Source: Octopus sinensis (Eukaryota). From it: a stretch of 64,000 nucleotides of DNA. The position numbers were made by a program, and so were the translations under genes. The notes below the pieces were generated by a model. That model was given only the letters and a program-made list of their open reading frames with translations. It had not been told where the DNA came from and searched no databases. The stretch's first letter is position 1, and each line of letters starts with the position of its first letter. The stretch covers positions 207,204,001 to 207,268,000 of the forward strand of contig NC_042997.1 in assembly GCF_006345805.1 (NCBI RefSeq), in the 5' to 3' direction. Below, piece by piece: positions 48,401 through 57,350 of the stretch.

Positions 48401-51400
48401 CAGTCATGCTGGGGCTTACTTTCACTCACAGAACTTCAGTACTGCTGAGGCGTAATTTGACTCATCAGACTTCAGTCATGCTGGGGCTTAATTTGACTCT
48501 TTAAACTTCAGACATGCTGGGGCTTACTTTCACTTATAGAACTTCAGTACTCCTGAGGCGTAATTTGACTCATCAGACTTCAGTCATGCTGGGGCTTAAG
48601 TTGACTCTTCAAACTTCAGTCATGCTGGGGCTTACTTTCACTCATTGAACTTCAGTACTACTGAGGCGTAATTTGACTCATCAGACTTCAGTCATGCTGG
48701 GGCTTAATTTGACTCTTCGGACTTCAGTCATGCTGCGCCTTAATTTGACTCATCAAACTTCAGTCATGCTGGGGCTTAATTTGACACTTTAAACTTCAGT
48801 CATGCTGGGGCTTACTTTCACTCATGGAACCTCAGTACTGCTGAGGCATAATTTGACACATCAGACTTCAGTCATGCTGGGTATTACTTTCACTCATTGA
48901 ACTTTAGTACTGCTGAGGCTGAGGCGTAATTTGACTCATCGGACTTCAGTCATGCTGGGGCTTACTTCACTTTCACTCATGAAATTTAGTACTGCTGAGG
49001 CGTAATTTGACTCATCGGACTTCTGTCATGCTGGGGCTTACTTTCACTCATTGAACTTCTGTACTGCTGAGGCGTAATTTGACTCTTCATGACTCTTCAA
49101 ACTTCAGTCATACTGGGGTTTACTTTCACAGATTGAACTTCAGTACTGCTGATGTGTGATTTGTCTCATCAACTCCGTCATGCTGGGCGTTACTTTCACT
49201 CATTGAGGCGTAATTTGACTCATCGGACTTCAGTCAGGCTGGGCCTTAATTTGACTCATCAGACTTCAGTCATGCCCGGGCTTTCTTTCAATCATTGAAC
49301 TTCAGTACTGCTGAGGCATAATTTGACTCATCAGACTTCAGTCATCCTGGGTCTTAATTTGACTCTTTAAAATCAGTCATGCTGGGGCTTACTTTCACAC
49401 TCACAGAACTTCAGTACTGCTGAGGCGTAATTTGACTCATCAGACTTCAGTCATGCTGGGGCTTAATTTGACTCTTTAAACTTCAGACATGCTGGGGCTT
49501 ACTTTCACTTATTGAACTTCAGTACTCCTGAGGCGTAATTTGACTCATCAGACTTCAGTCATGCTGGGGCTTAATTTGACTCTTTAAACTTCAGTCATGC
49601 TGTGGCTTACTTTCACTCATTGAACTTCAGTACTCCTGAGGCGTAATTTGACTCATCAGACTTCAGTCATGCTGGGGCTTAAGTTGACTCTTCAAACTTC
49701 AGTCATGCTGGGGCTTACTTTCACTCATTGAACTTCAAACTACTGAGGCGTAATTTGACTCATCAGACTTCAGTCATGCTGGGGCTTAATTTGACTCTTC
49801 GGACTTCAGTCATGCTGCGCCTTAATTGACTCATCAAACTTCAGTCATGCTGGGGCTTAATTTGACTCTTTAAACTTCAGTCATGCTGGGGCTTACTTTC
49901 ACTCATTGAACTTCAGTACTGCTGAGGCGTAATTTGACTCATTAGACTTCAGTCATGCTGGGGCTTAATTTGACTCTTCGGACTTCAGTCATGCTGCGCC
50001 TTAATTTGACTCATCAAACTTCAGTCATGCTGGGGCTTAATTTGACTCTTTAAACTTCAGTCATGCTGGGGCTTACTTTCACTCATTGAACTTCAGTACT
50101 GCTGAGGCGTAATTTGACTCATCAAACTTCAGTCATGCTGGGGCTTAATTTGACTCTTCGGACTTCAGTCATGCTGCGCCTTAATTTGACTCGTCAGACT
50201 TCAGTAATGCTGGGGCTTACTTTGACACTTTAAACTTCAGTCATGCTGTGGCTTACTTTCACTCATTGAACTTCAGTACTGCTGAGGCGTAATTTGACTC
50301 ATCAGACTTCAGTCATGCTGTGGCTTAATTTGACTCTTTAAACTTCAGTCATGCTGGGGCTTACTTTCACTCATGGAACCTCAGTACTGCTGAGGCATAA
50401 TTTGACACCTCAGACTTCAGTCATGCTGGGACTTACTTTCACTCATTGAACTTTAGTACTGCTGAGGCGTAATTTGACTCATCGGACTTCTGTCATGCTG
50501 GGGCTTACTTTTACTCATTGAACTTCTGTACTGCTGAGGCGTAATTTGACTCTTCATGACTCTTTAAACTTCAGTCATACTGGGGTTTACTTTCACACAT
50601 TGAACTTCAGTACTGCTGATGTGTGATTTGTCTCATCAGACTTCCGTCATGCTGGGCGTTACTTTCACTCATTGAGGCGTAATTTGACTCATCGGACTTC
50701 AGTCAGGCTGGCCCTCAATTTGACTCATCAGACTTCAGTCATGCCTGGGTTTCTTTCACTCCTTGAACTTCAGTACTGCTGAGGCGTAATTTGACTCATC
50801 AGACTTCAGTCATGCTGTGGCTTAATTTGACTCTTTAAACTTCAGTCATGCTGGGGCTTACTTTCACTCATGGAACCTCAGTACTGCTGAGGCATAATTT
50901 GACACATCAGACTTCAGTCATGCTGGGGCTTAAGTTGACTCTTCGGACTTCAGTCATGCTGGGCCTTAATTTGACTCTTTAAACTTCAGTCATGCCCGGG
51001 CTTTCTTTCAATCATTGAACTTCAGTACTGCTGAGGCATAATTTGACTCATCAGACTTCAGTCATCCTGGGTCTTAATTTGACTCTTTAAACTTCAGTCA
51101 TGCTGGGGCTTACTTTCACTCATTGAACTTCAGTACTGCTGAGGCGTAATTTGACTCATCAGACTTCAGTCATGCTGTGGCTTAATTTGACTCTTCAAAC
51201 TTCAGTCATGCTGGGGCTTACTTTCACTCATTGAACTTCAGTACTGCTGAGGCGTAATGTGACTCATCAGACTTCAGTCATGCTGTGGCTTAATTTGACA
51301 CTTCAAACTTCAGTCATGCTGGGACTTACTTTCACTAATTGAACTTCAGTACTGCTGAGGCGCAATTTGACTCATCAGACTTCAGTCATGCTGTGGCTTA

Positions 51401-54400
51401 ATTTGACTCTTTAAACTTCAGTCATGCTGGGGCTTACTTTCACTCATGGAACCTCAGTACTGCTGAGGCATAATTTGACACATCAGACTTCAGTCATGCT
51501 GGGTATTACTTTCACTCATTGAACTTTAGTACTGCTGAGGCGTAATTTGACTCATCGGACTTCAGTCATGCTGGGGCTTACTTCACTCATTGAAATTTAG
51601 TACTGCTGAGGCGTAATTTGACTCATCGGACTTCTGTCATGCTGGGGCTTACTTTCACTCATTGAACTTCTGTACTGCTGAGCGTAATTTGACTCTTCAT
51701 GACTCTTCAACTTCAGTCATACTGGGGTTTACTTTCACAGATTGAACTTCAGTACTGCTGATGTGTGATTTGTCTCATCAGACTTCCGTCATGCTGGGCG
51801 TTACTTTCACTCATTGAGGCGTAATTTGACTCATCGGACTTCAGTCAGGCTCGGCCTTAATTTGACTCATCAGACTTCAGTCATGCCCGGGCTTTCTTTC
51901 AATCATTGAACTTCAGTACTGCTGAGGCATAATTTGACTCATCAGACTTCAGTCATCCTGGGTCTTAATTTGACTCTTTAAACATCAGTCATGCTGGGGC
52001 TTACTTTCACTCATTGAACTTCAGTACTGCTGAGGCGTAATTTGACTCATCAGACTTCAGTCATGCTGTGGCTTAATTTGACTCTTTAAACTTCAGTCAT
52101 GCTGGGGCTTACTTTCACTCATGGAACCTCAGTACTGCTGAGGCATAATTTGACACATCAGACTTCAGTCATGCTGGGTATTACTTTCACTCATTGAACT
52201 TTAGTACTGCTGAGGCGTAATTTGACTCATCGGACTTCAGTCATGCTGGGGCTTACTTTCACTCATTGAAATTTAGTACTGCTGAGGCGTAATTTGACTC
52301 ATCGGACTTCTGTCATGCTGGGGCTTACTTTCACTCATTGAACTTCAGTACTCTTGAGGCGTAATTTGACTCATCAGACTTCAGTCATGCTGGGGCTTAA
52401 GTTGACTCTTCAAACTTCAGTCATGCTGGGGCTTACTTTCACTCATTGAACTTCAGTACTACTGAGGCGTAATTTGACTCATCAGACTTCAGTCATGCTG
52501 GGGCTTAATTTGACTCTTCGGACTTCAGTCATGCTGCGCCTTAATTTGACTCATCAAACTTCAGTCATGCTGGGGCTTAATTTGACTCTTTAAACTTCAG
52601 TCATGCTGGGGCTTACTTTCACTCATTGAACTTCAGTACTGCTGAGGCGTAATTTGACTCATTAGACTTCAGTCATGCTGGGGCTTAATTTGACTCTTCA
52701 AACTTCAGTCATGCTGGGGCTTACTTCCACTCATTGAACTTCAGTACTGCTGAGGCGTAATTTGACTCATCAGACTTCAGTCATGCTGGGGCTTAATTTG
52801 ACTCTTTAAACTTCAGTCATGCTGGGGCTTACTTTCACTCATTGAACTTCAGTACTACTGAGGCGTAATTTGACTCATCAGACTTCAGTCATGCTGGGGC
52901 TTAATTTGACTCTTCAAACTTCAGTCATGCTGGGGCTTACTTCCACTCATTGAACTTCAGTACTGCTGAGGCGTAATTTGACTCATCAGACTTCCGTCAT
53001 GCTGGGGCTTAATTTGACTCTTTAAACTTCAGCCATGCTGGGGCTTACTTTCACTCATTGAACTTCAGTACTGCTGAGGTGTAATTTGACTCATCAGACT
53101 TCTGTCATGCTGGGGCTTAATTTGACTCTTCAAACTTCAGTAATGCTGGGGCTTACTTTCACTCATTGAACTTCAGTACTGCTGAGGCGTAATTTGACTC
53201 ATCAAACTTCAGTCATGCTGGGGCTTAATTTGACTCTTCGGACTTCAGTCATGCTGCGCCTTAATTTGACTCGTCAGACTTCAGTAATGCTGGGGCTTAA
53301 TTTGACACTTTAAACTTCAGTCATGCTGTGGCTTACTTTCACTCATTGAACTTCAGTACTGCTGAGGCATAATTTGACTCATCAGACTTCAGTCATTCTG
53401 GGGCTTAATTTGACTCTTCGGACTTCAGTCATGCTGCGCCTTAATTTGACTCATCAGACTTCAGTCATGCTGGGGCTTAATTTGACACTTTAAACTTCAG
53501 TCATGCTGGGGCTTACTTTCACTCATTGAACTTCAGTACTGCTGAGGCGTAATTTGACTCATCAGACTTAATTTGACTCATCAGACTTCAGTCATGCTGG
53601 GGCTTAATTTGACTCTTCAAACTTCAGTCATGCTGGGGCTTACTTTCACTCACTGAACTTCAGTACTGCTGTGGCGTAATTTGACTCATCGGACTTCAGT
53701 CATACCAGTGCTGAAGTTGACTCATAAGACTTCTGTTATCCTGAGGCTTTAATTTGACTCATCAAACTTTTTTCAGGCCGGGGATTAATTTGACTCGTCA
53801 GACTTCAGACATGGTGGGGCTTAATTTGATTCTTCAGACTTCGGCCATGCTGCGTCTTAATTTCATTCATTGGACATCAGTCATGTTGGCACTCAATTTG
53901 AGTCATTGGATATCAGTCATGCTGGGGATTAATTTTACTCATCGGACATAATTCAGGCTGGAGTTGAATTTAACTCATTGCACTTCAGTCATGCTGGGTT
54001 TTTTTTTGTCTCATCAGACTTCAATCATGCTTTGGCTTAATTTGACTAATCAGATATGAGTCATGCTGGGGCTTAATTTGACTCAACACATTTCAATCAT
54101 GCTCTGTCTCAATTTGATTCATCCTACTCCAGTCATGTAAGGGCTTAATTTATGTCATCAGAATTCAGTCGTGCTGGGTCTCGGTTTGACTCACCGGAAT
54201 AGAGTCATGCTGGGACTTAATATGAATCATCGGACTTTTGTCATTCCGGGGCTTAATTTGATTCTTAAGATTTTAGTCATGCTGGTGCTTAATCTGACTC
54301 AGTTATACTGGGGCCAAATTTCACTCATCAGACTTCAGTAATGCTGGGGCTGAATTTGACTCATCAGACTTCTGTCACATTGGGTCTTAATTTGACTTTC

Positions 54401-56643
54401 CTACCGATAGTCATGGTGTGAATTAATTTCAGCCTTCGAACTTCAGTCACGCTGGGGCTTAATTTCACTCATTGGACATCAGTCATGATTGGACTTTATT
54501 TGTCTCATCAGACGTCAGTTATGCTGTGGTTTATACTGACTCATTGGACAGCAGTCATGCTTGGGAGGAATTACACTCATCAGACGATAGTCATGTTGGG
54601 GTTTACTTTCACTCATTGAACTTCAGTACTGCTGAGGCGTAATTTGACCCATCAGATTTCAGTCATGCTGGGGTTAAATTTGACTCATAGAACATTTGTC
54701 ATGCTGTGACATAATTTGACTGATCGTACTTCTGTTATGCTGAGACTTAATTTGACTCATCAGACTTAATTTGACTCATGCTGGGACTTAATTTGATTCA
54801 TCGAACTTCAGTCATGGTAGGGCTGAATTTGACTTACTGGATTTATGTCATGCTGGGTTTTTTATTTCAGTAATGGAACTTCAGTCGTGATGGGGATGAA
54901 TTTGACTCATCGGATTTCTGTGAGGCCAGGGCTCAGTTTCATTCATTGGACTTCAGTCATGCTGGGGCTTAATTTCTGTAATCAAACTTCTGTCATGCTG
55001 GGGCTAAGTTTGACTCATCGGACTACAGTCATATAGCAGCTTAATTCGACTTATCGGACATTAGTTATGCTAGGGCATAATTGGACTCATCGGGCTTCAG
55101 TCATGTTGGGGCTGAATTTGGCTGATCAGACTTCAGTCATGCTGGAGCTTTATTTGACTTAAACGATATAATTCATGCTGGATTTTTGATTTGAGTCATT
55201 GGACTTCAGTCATGCTGGGGCTGAATTTCAGTCATTGGACTTTAGTCATTCTGAGGCTGAATTTGACTCATTGGGGTTCATTCATGTCAGTGCTTATTTT
55301 TACTCATAAGACATTAGTCCTGCTGGGGCTTGATTTGACTCATCGGGCATCAGTCATGCTGAGTCTCAATTTTATTCAACAGACTTCAGTCATTCTCCGG
55401 CTCAATTTGACTCATCGAATTTCAGTCAGGCTTGGGCTTAATTTCACCCTCAGCACCCTCTTATTTATGCCATCACACCCCACTCACTCTAGCCACCCCG
55501 TAGATACTGCTACATCTCCCTATTTTCCATTCCTAAACATTGCACACCACTTCCCTCCCCATCACCTAACCCTCCCCTCCACCATACAAACATCAACTGA
55601 ACCTTCTCTTTCCTACCCACCCCACATTTCTAACCACCAGTCACTCTCCCCTCATATATACAAGAACCCCTTCCTTCCCTGAACCTCTCCCTCCTCTCTC
55701 ATACTCATCTTCCTGTCCCCTAAGAGTCTGCTCTATCACTGCATCACTATCATCTCCTCCCAACTACCCCCAGCCACCCCTAGTTAATGTGTGGTAGCTA
55801 TGTATTCGCCCCCCCCCCTCTGTAGCAAGACATCAATGCTTCTCCCCCAGTCATGCTTTAAGCTTTAGCATAAACCCACTTCCTTCTCCCCTCCAATACT
55901 TCCAATAAACCCACTTCCTTCTCCCCCGCCCACGTCCCTCACTTCATATCAGGAGTTTTTCCTTTCTTCATTCTTCTCTCTTTCTAACTTGCAAGTTACT
56001 TGACAACCTCACTTGTGCTGGTGGGGCAAGAAAGAAAAAGTACCCAGTGCCTTTCTCTGTAAAGTGGTGGGTATTAGGAACGGCATCCAGCCATAGACAC
56101 CATGCCACAACAGACGATTGGAGATCACCATAGCCTTGTGGCTTGCAAGAGCCTGTCAAACTCTCCACTCTATGCTAGCATAAAAAACAAACTTTAAATA
56201 ATGATGACAACGATGACAATGATCTGTATCATCTCTAGAATTAATTTGTTTTTTGTTCTTTTTATCTTTTCAGAAGCTGAGTTTAAGGGATATTAGTAGA
56301 ACACATAAAATCCAGATTTCTGTCAGTGACACAATTACAATTTATGGCAGACAATCTCATGTAAAAGATGCTAAACTCTCTGTCCAATCATTATTAATGG
56401 AATTCAAAGAAACTGAAGAGGAAACTCTTATTAAGGAAATGGTACAATGGTCTTACTTTGAAGAAAGTTTTCCAGAAAACCTAAGAATGTTTAGTGACAA
56501 AGAAAATGCCAAACTTGAGAAAGCATACACACAGAAAAAGAAATTCCTTGAGTGGAAGAAAATAAAATACGATTTTCAGAATATGAGTTTTAAACTCAGA
56601 GGGAGGGAATATAAAATAAGGAGGAAACAAATTCTAATGGAAG
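713..56643 (+). CDS. PARP14: PARP14-like (PARP9/14/15 macro-PARP family) gene, partial: 6 coding exons, linker-macrodomain-KH-like-WWE
   Basis: Exons 713-767, 25258-25379, 25657-25884, 26951-27179, 38612-38793 and 56274-56643 all have AG/GT borders. Phases join (0-1,1-0,0-0,0-1,1-0,0-1) into one stop-free frame of 1186 nt. Macro motifs VDVIVNS, AAG, FHL and SLAFPILGAG are followed by a WWE-like domain, the PARP14 domain order. No catalytic domain is seen, so exact orthology is unproven. Confidence 0.85.
1790..2250 (+). mobile_element. Decayed RTE (BovB-like) AP-endonuclease fragment, a different family from the main RTE
   Basis: Broken frames give YNIDLAA, YTFIWKGK, GVNEKPMKLYLP, GYDPT..EEIKQQF, GDFNAVVG. 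Confidence 0.7.
3090..5041 (+). mobile_element. 5'-truncated decayed RTE LINE (RT to 3' UTR, GAT tail)
   Basis: GVIPNDWCSSTIVNCYKG, LDEMQFGFVPG, FSYLGDQVS with stops and frameshifts; starts at a TA run. Confidence 0.92.
5084..5497 (-). mobile_element. CR1/L2-type LINE 3' fragment with (CTAA)n tail
   Basis: LATRMVHGLKNLSYEERLRTLDLYSLEKRRRRSDLI; homologous to 16886-17520 but with an internal deletion. Confidence 0.88.
5759..5862 (-). ncRNA. Type I hammerhead ribozyme, minimal Penelope-type with palindromic stem III
   Basis: Minus strand: TAAC-CTGATGA-GTGGCTATATTT..loop..AAATACAGCCAC-GAAA-C-ACGT-G-TC^GTTA. All core nucleotides are present and stems I-III pair. Confidence 0.85.
5958..6353 (+). 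mobile_element. Non-autonomous Helitron-like element
   Basis: 5' ttatatataaaagtgagg..tgtctgtc; 3' hairpin CCCG-agcaacgc-CGGG, then CTAG|T. The 5' TC is not clean. Confidence 0.7.
6551..6960 (+). mobile_element. Probable 5' part of another Helitron-like element
   Basis: A|TCTGTATATATAAAACTGAGAATGTCTG start; no 3' CTAG end found; right boundary approximate. Confidence 0.4.
7030..8078 (+). mobile_element. Two tandem RTE 3'-UTR fragments (7030-7602, 7640-8078), each with a (GAT)n tail
   Basis: Conserved terminus GGTTGGCGTTAGGAAGGGCATCCAGC...GGACGTTAAACGATGATG. Confidence 0.9.
8251..8580 (+). mobile_element. tRNA-headed SINE (octopus-type)
   Basis: GGTGTGGCTGTGTGGT A-box-like and GTTCAGTCCC B-box-like head, CA/TA core, GATAGAATAAGTACCAG tail. 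Family recognised from recall only. Confidence 0.7.
8671..12140 (-). mobile_element. RTE LINE copy A: young, 5'-truncated, one frameshift near 10615
   Basis: ORFs 10612-12084 (APE: SAYAPQ, AGDFNGHVG, QIDYIL) and 9333-10553 (RT: HQGSVLSP, YTDD); (CAT)n tail; TA runs on both sides. Confidence 0.97.
12664..14345 (+). mobile_element. Non-autonomous Helitron-like element, about 1.7 kb
   Basis: A|TC start, CTAG|T end after a GC-rich CACGGGCTACGCTGGG motif; internal repeats GGGG(C/T)CTTAAC.CCC at about 13040, 13270 and 14050. Confidence 0.72.
15324..15718 (+). mobile_element. RTE 3'-UTR fragment with (GAT)n tail
   Basis: Same conserved RTE terminus. Confidence 0.85.
15737..17614 (-). mobile_element. 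Decayed mariner (DD34D) transposon with both TIRs, interrupted by CR1
   Basis: TIRs TCAG(A/G)TCATCCCATAAGTTCT at both ends with TA flanks; transposase FHQDNARPHT...HPPYSPDLAPSDYHF (ORF 15867-16193). Confidence 0.93.
16886..17520 (-). mobile_element. CR1-type LINE 3' fragment nested in the mariner
   Basis: LYVTLVRPILEYG...LERVQNLATR...YEERLKTLDLYSLEK; (CTAA)n tail. Confidence 0.9.
17632..17837 (-). mobile_element. Short RTE 3' tail fragment
   Basis: (CAT)n followed by CGTTTAACGTCC terminus. Confidence 0.8.
17860..21200 (-). mobile_element. RTE LINE copy B: about 915 uninterrupted codons of APE(partial)-RT, 5'-truncated
   Basis: ORF 18454-21240 with YADD. The first 14 residues come from the flanking (TA)n and a TTG, so they are not real. 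A 1-bp deletion alters the last residues. TA runs on both sides. Confidence 0.97.
21385..21600 (+). mobile_element. SINE 3' portion (octopus-type)
   Basis: GATAGAATAAG...GGGGTCGAT...AACAAGTAAAA tail, related to 8251-8580. Confidence 0.65.
21895..23326 (+). mobile_element. 5'-truncated RTE LINE (second subfamily)
   Basis: Starts at TGCPWELLYADD after a TA run; zinc-finger segment, RWYGHV, (GAT)n tail abutting the next transposon. Confidence 0.93.
23335..24583 (+). mobile_element. Decayed Tc1/mariner element, maT/DD37D-like
   Basis: TA|CAGG...CCTG|TA ends, 1249 bp; KSMRSIAKHLHV (HTH) and HTKFPAAVMVLGIV...GHVMPPYFFPQGL. Catalytic spacing inferred through lesions. Confidence 0.8.
24600..25150 (+). 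mobile_element. Probable Penelope-like remnant (GIY-YIG tail plus decayed hammerhead)
   Basis: LKIKEAILIERLGPQI-like segment near 24725-24775; CTGAGGT-AGGA..TCC-AAAAT at 25084-25112. Confidence 0.4.
25258..25379 (+). CDS. PARP14: Coding exon: linker and macrodomain start (GTSPLHPQQK...GIKINLMTDSISNVS)
   Basis: tttctcttcAG acceptor, GTgagt donor; reads in frame into VDVIVNS of the next exon. Confidence 0.85.
25657..25884 (+). CDS. PARP14: Coding exon: macrodomain N-half (VDVIVNSSNEELQLDKGSISKIILNAAGPEIQNEC...KNVFHLVLPPW)
   Basis: ttttgtAG acceptor, GTaagt donor, 76 open codons, PARP14 macro2/3-type motifs. Confidence 0.92.
25930..26290 (+). mobile_element. Decayed mariner-type transposase N-terminal fragment
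   Basis: ATATIEENFD..HMVMDDRQLITNQIANA resembles the HTH region of mariner transposases. Confidence 0.55.
26951..27179 (+). CDS. PARP14: Coding exon: macrodomain C-half (CLETAERMGAKSLAFPILGAGVLKYP...VVNFVVYPQDTEILE)
   Basis: ttttttttAG acceptor, macro SIAFP-x-LG-x-G motif, donor GAAG|GTtggt (phase 1 as assembled). Confidence 0.9.
27780..29560 (-). mobile_element. Old, internally deleted RTE LINE
   Basis: RYKIFWASNNDG..LAEKWSDKAIKVIKV, STNDSDLLFV, NFCYLG with many stops. Confidence 0.85.
30320..31430 (-). mobile_element. Old RTE 5' region (APE) with an inverted copy of its start at 30710-30790
   Basis: QEVRWRGAS..SDGVGGV and LPNEQKDCFYDIL. 30710-30790 is an approximate reverse complement of 31345-31430. 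Confidence 0.65.
31520..33850 (+). mobile_element. Decayed non-LTR retrotransposon with restriction-like endonuclease (HERO/NeSL-like)
   Basis: QFRHISLLN, WLDLANAYGSVP, AFMDNVT, WARMKFKAKKSR, CCHC remnant, LELTVSWEE..RKEMRYEKL..GW..VGARGF. Confidence 0.88.
34413..35263 (+). repeat. Duplicated exon-plus-flank block, copy 2
   Basis: Matches 473-1303 with a few substitutions, homopolymer-length differences and one extra segment of about 25 bp near the left end. Confidence 0.95.
34680..34731 (+). pseudogene. Damaged duplicate of exon 713-767
   Basis: Same splice sites, but three separate 1-bp deletions (52 vs 55 nt) put TAG in the original frame. Could be decay or consensus error. Confidence 0.65.
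35345..35530 (-). mobile_element. Old RTE 3' tail fragment
   Basis: Diverged CATTTAATGTCCA...GGATGTCCTTCCTAATGCCAGCCAC terminus. Confidence 0.75.
36325..36527 (-). mobile_element. tRNA-headed SINE, same family as 63209-63350
   Basis: Reverse complement reads GGCAGCAAACTGGCAGAATCATTAGC...GTTCTGAGTTCAATTC...GCCTTTTATCC. Confidence 0.7.
36632..37220. mobile_element. MITE/foldback element with about 180-bp inverted arms
   Basis: 36632-36838 is the reverse complement of 37043-37220 with few mismatches; the left arm has an extra 27-28 bp. No clear TSD. Confidence 0.8.
37315..38142 (+). mobile_element. RTE 3'-UTR fragment with an expanded 60-61-bp internal tandem repeat (about 10 units)
   Basis: Alternating GCCAGCTCTGTCTGG and GCCAGCCTCGCCTGG units at about 37378-37975; (GAT)n tail. 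Confidence 0.9.
38240..38580 (-). mobile_element. Old RTE 3' remnant ending about 30 bp before the exon acceptor
   Basis: Minus strand KTWDDVVKHNFLTLGLTEAMT followed by UTR motifs. Confidence 0.75.
38612..38793 (+). CDS. PARP14: Coding exon: post-macro region (DHEDKEIKYDVSAGQKEFGVTLKFIAKYQNLDNAIETVKKEY...ESR)
   Basis: tcctatttcAG acceptor, GTaagt donor; phases 1-0 fit both neighbours. Confidence 0.8.
38854..39334 (+). repeat. 36-bp satellite, left block (about 13 monomers, own 108-bp trimer)
   Basis: GACTTCAGTCATGCTGGGGCTTAATTTGACTCATCA-type monomers; trimer marked by CATAAGACGTCAATAATC. Confidence 0.95.
39335..43724 (+). mobile_element. RTE LINE copy C: complete APE N-terminus, several stops and frameshifts, candidate 5' region 39335-40027
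   Basis: RVGTLNIGTLKGRS..IQEVRW through YADD to the (GAT)n tail. Boundaries come from the in-register split of the satellite; whether 39335-40027 belongs to the LINE is uncertain. Confidence 0.88.
43725..55447 (+). repeat. 36-bp satellite, main array (about 325 monomers): 108-bp higher-order core to about 53690, diverged monomers beyond
   Basis: Trimer of ...TTTGACTCTTCA, ...TTTCACTCATTG and AACTTCAGTACTGCTGAGGCGTAATTTGACTCATCA. Copy number is length divided by 36. Confidence 0.98.
55960..56215 (+). mobile_element. Old RTE-type 3' tail fragment, about 60 bp upstream of the WWE exon acceptor
   Basis: GTGGTGGGTATTAGGAACGGCATCCAGCC...ATGCTAGCAT and a degenerate GAT/GAC tail. Confidence 0.7.
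56274..56643 (+). CDS. PARP14: Coding exon: KH-like segment plus WWE domain (VQWSYFEE...NAKLEKAYTQKKK...YDFQNM...IRRK)
   Basis: Long polypyrimidine tract plus cAG, GTacgt donor, 123 open codons. W...LE-x-AY...DF-x-x-M...RR pattern; the second Trp is absent, as I recall for PARP14. Confidence 0.9.
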
Positions 56644-57350
56644 GTACGTGCATATTTTTACTATAAAGACATTCTCGTTTATTTTTTTGTTGTTTTTTTT
56701 ATCAGTAACAAAAGTTGGTTGGTTTCTACAGTCACACATTACATTGTACAGAGAGGGGGAGAGAAAAGAGCAACAAAGAGAGGGTGAGAGGAGAACTGTA
56801 GAGATAGAGGGATACAAGAATGCTTCCCTAAGAGGTAGCTAGAAAAGAGCTACAGAGAGAGAGAGAGAGAGGATAGAGAGAGAGAGAGAGTGAGCAAGAA
56901 GAGAGCAATAGAAAGAGGGTCAGGAGGGAGCTACAGTGAGAGGGGAGAAGAGAGAAAAAGAGCGTGGGAATGAAGAGGGGGTGAAAAAAAAGCTACAAAG
57001 AGAGAGAGGGGAAGAGAGCAACTAAGGAAGGGAGAATAGAGTGAAAGAGAGAGAGAGAGAGAGAGAGTGAGTGGGAAGAAGAGTGCAACTGAGGGAGGGG
57101 GAGAAGAGAACAACCAGACATGGGTCAAAATAAAGCTACAGTGAGAGGAGAGAAAACAAGTACAGAGAGATGTGAGAGGAGTGCTACAGAGAGGGGAAGA
57201 ATAGAGCAAAGAAGATGGTCAGAATGAAGACACTGAGAGGGGGAAAAAGCATGTTTCAGAGAGTGGGAGAGAAGAGAACAACAGAAAGAGGGTCAACTGA
57301 AAGTTATAGTTAGGGGAGAAGAGAGCTACGGAAAGAATGTCAGAATTAAA

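Noticed and set aside
47220-51730. Patches of 1-bp dropouts in the satellite as real variants
   Set aside because: They cluster (about 47220-47270, 48900-49400, 51580-51730) and favour homopolymers, which is typical of unpolished long-read consensus. The same caveat applies to frameshifts elsewhere.
43725-55447. Satellite as a CRISPR array or hammerhead-containing satellite (minus strand CTGATGA-GTCA..TGAC-TGAAGTC)
   Set aside because: There are no unique spacers. CUGAUGA and a possible stem II exist, but GAAA and stem III do not follow, so the ribozyme core is incomplete.
38854-55447. Satellite as a decayed C2H2 zinc-finger array
   Set aside because: The period is 36 bp rather than about 84 bp, and there is no Cys/His spacing or TGEKP linker.
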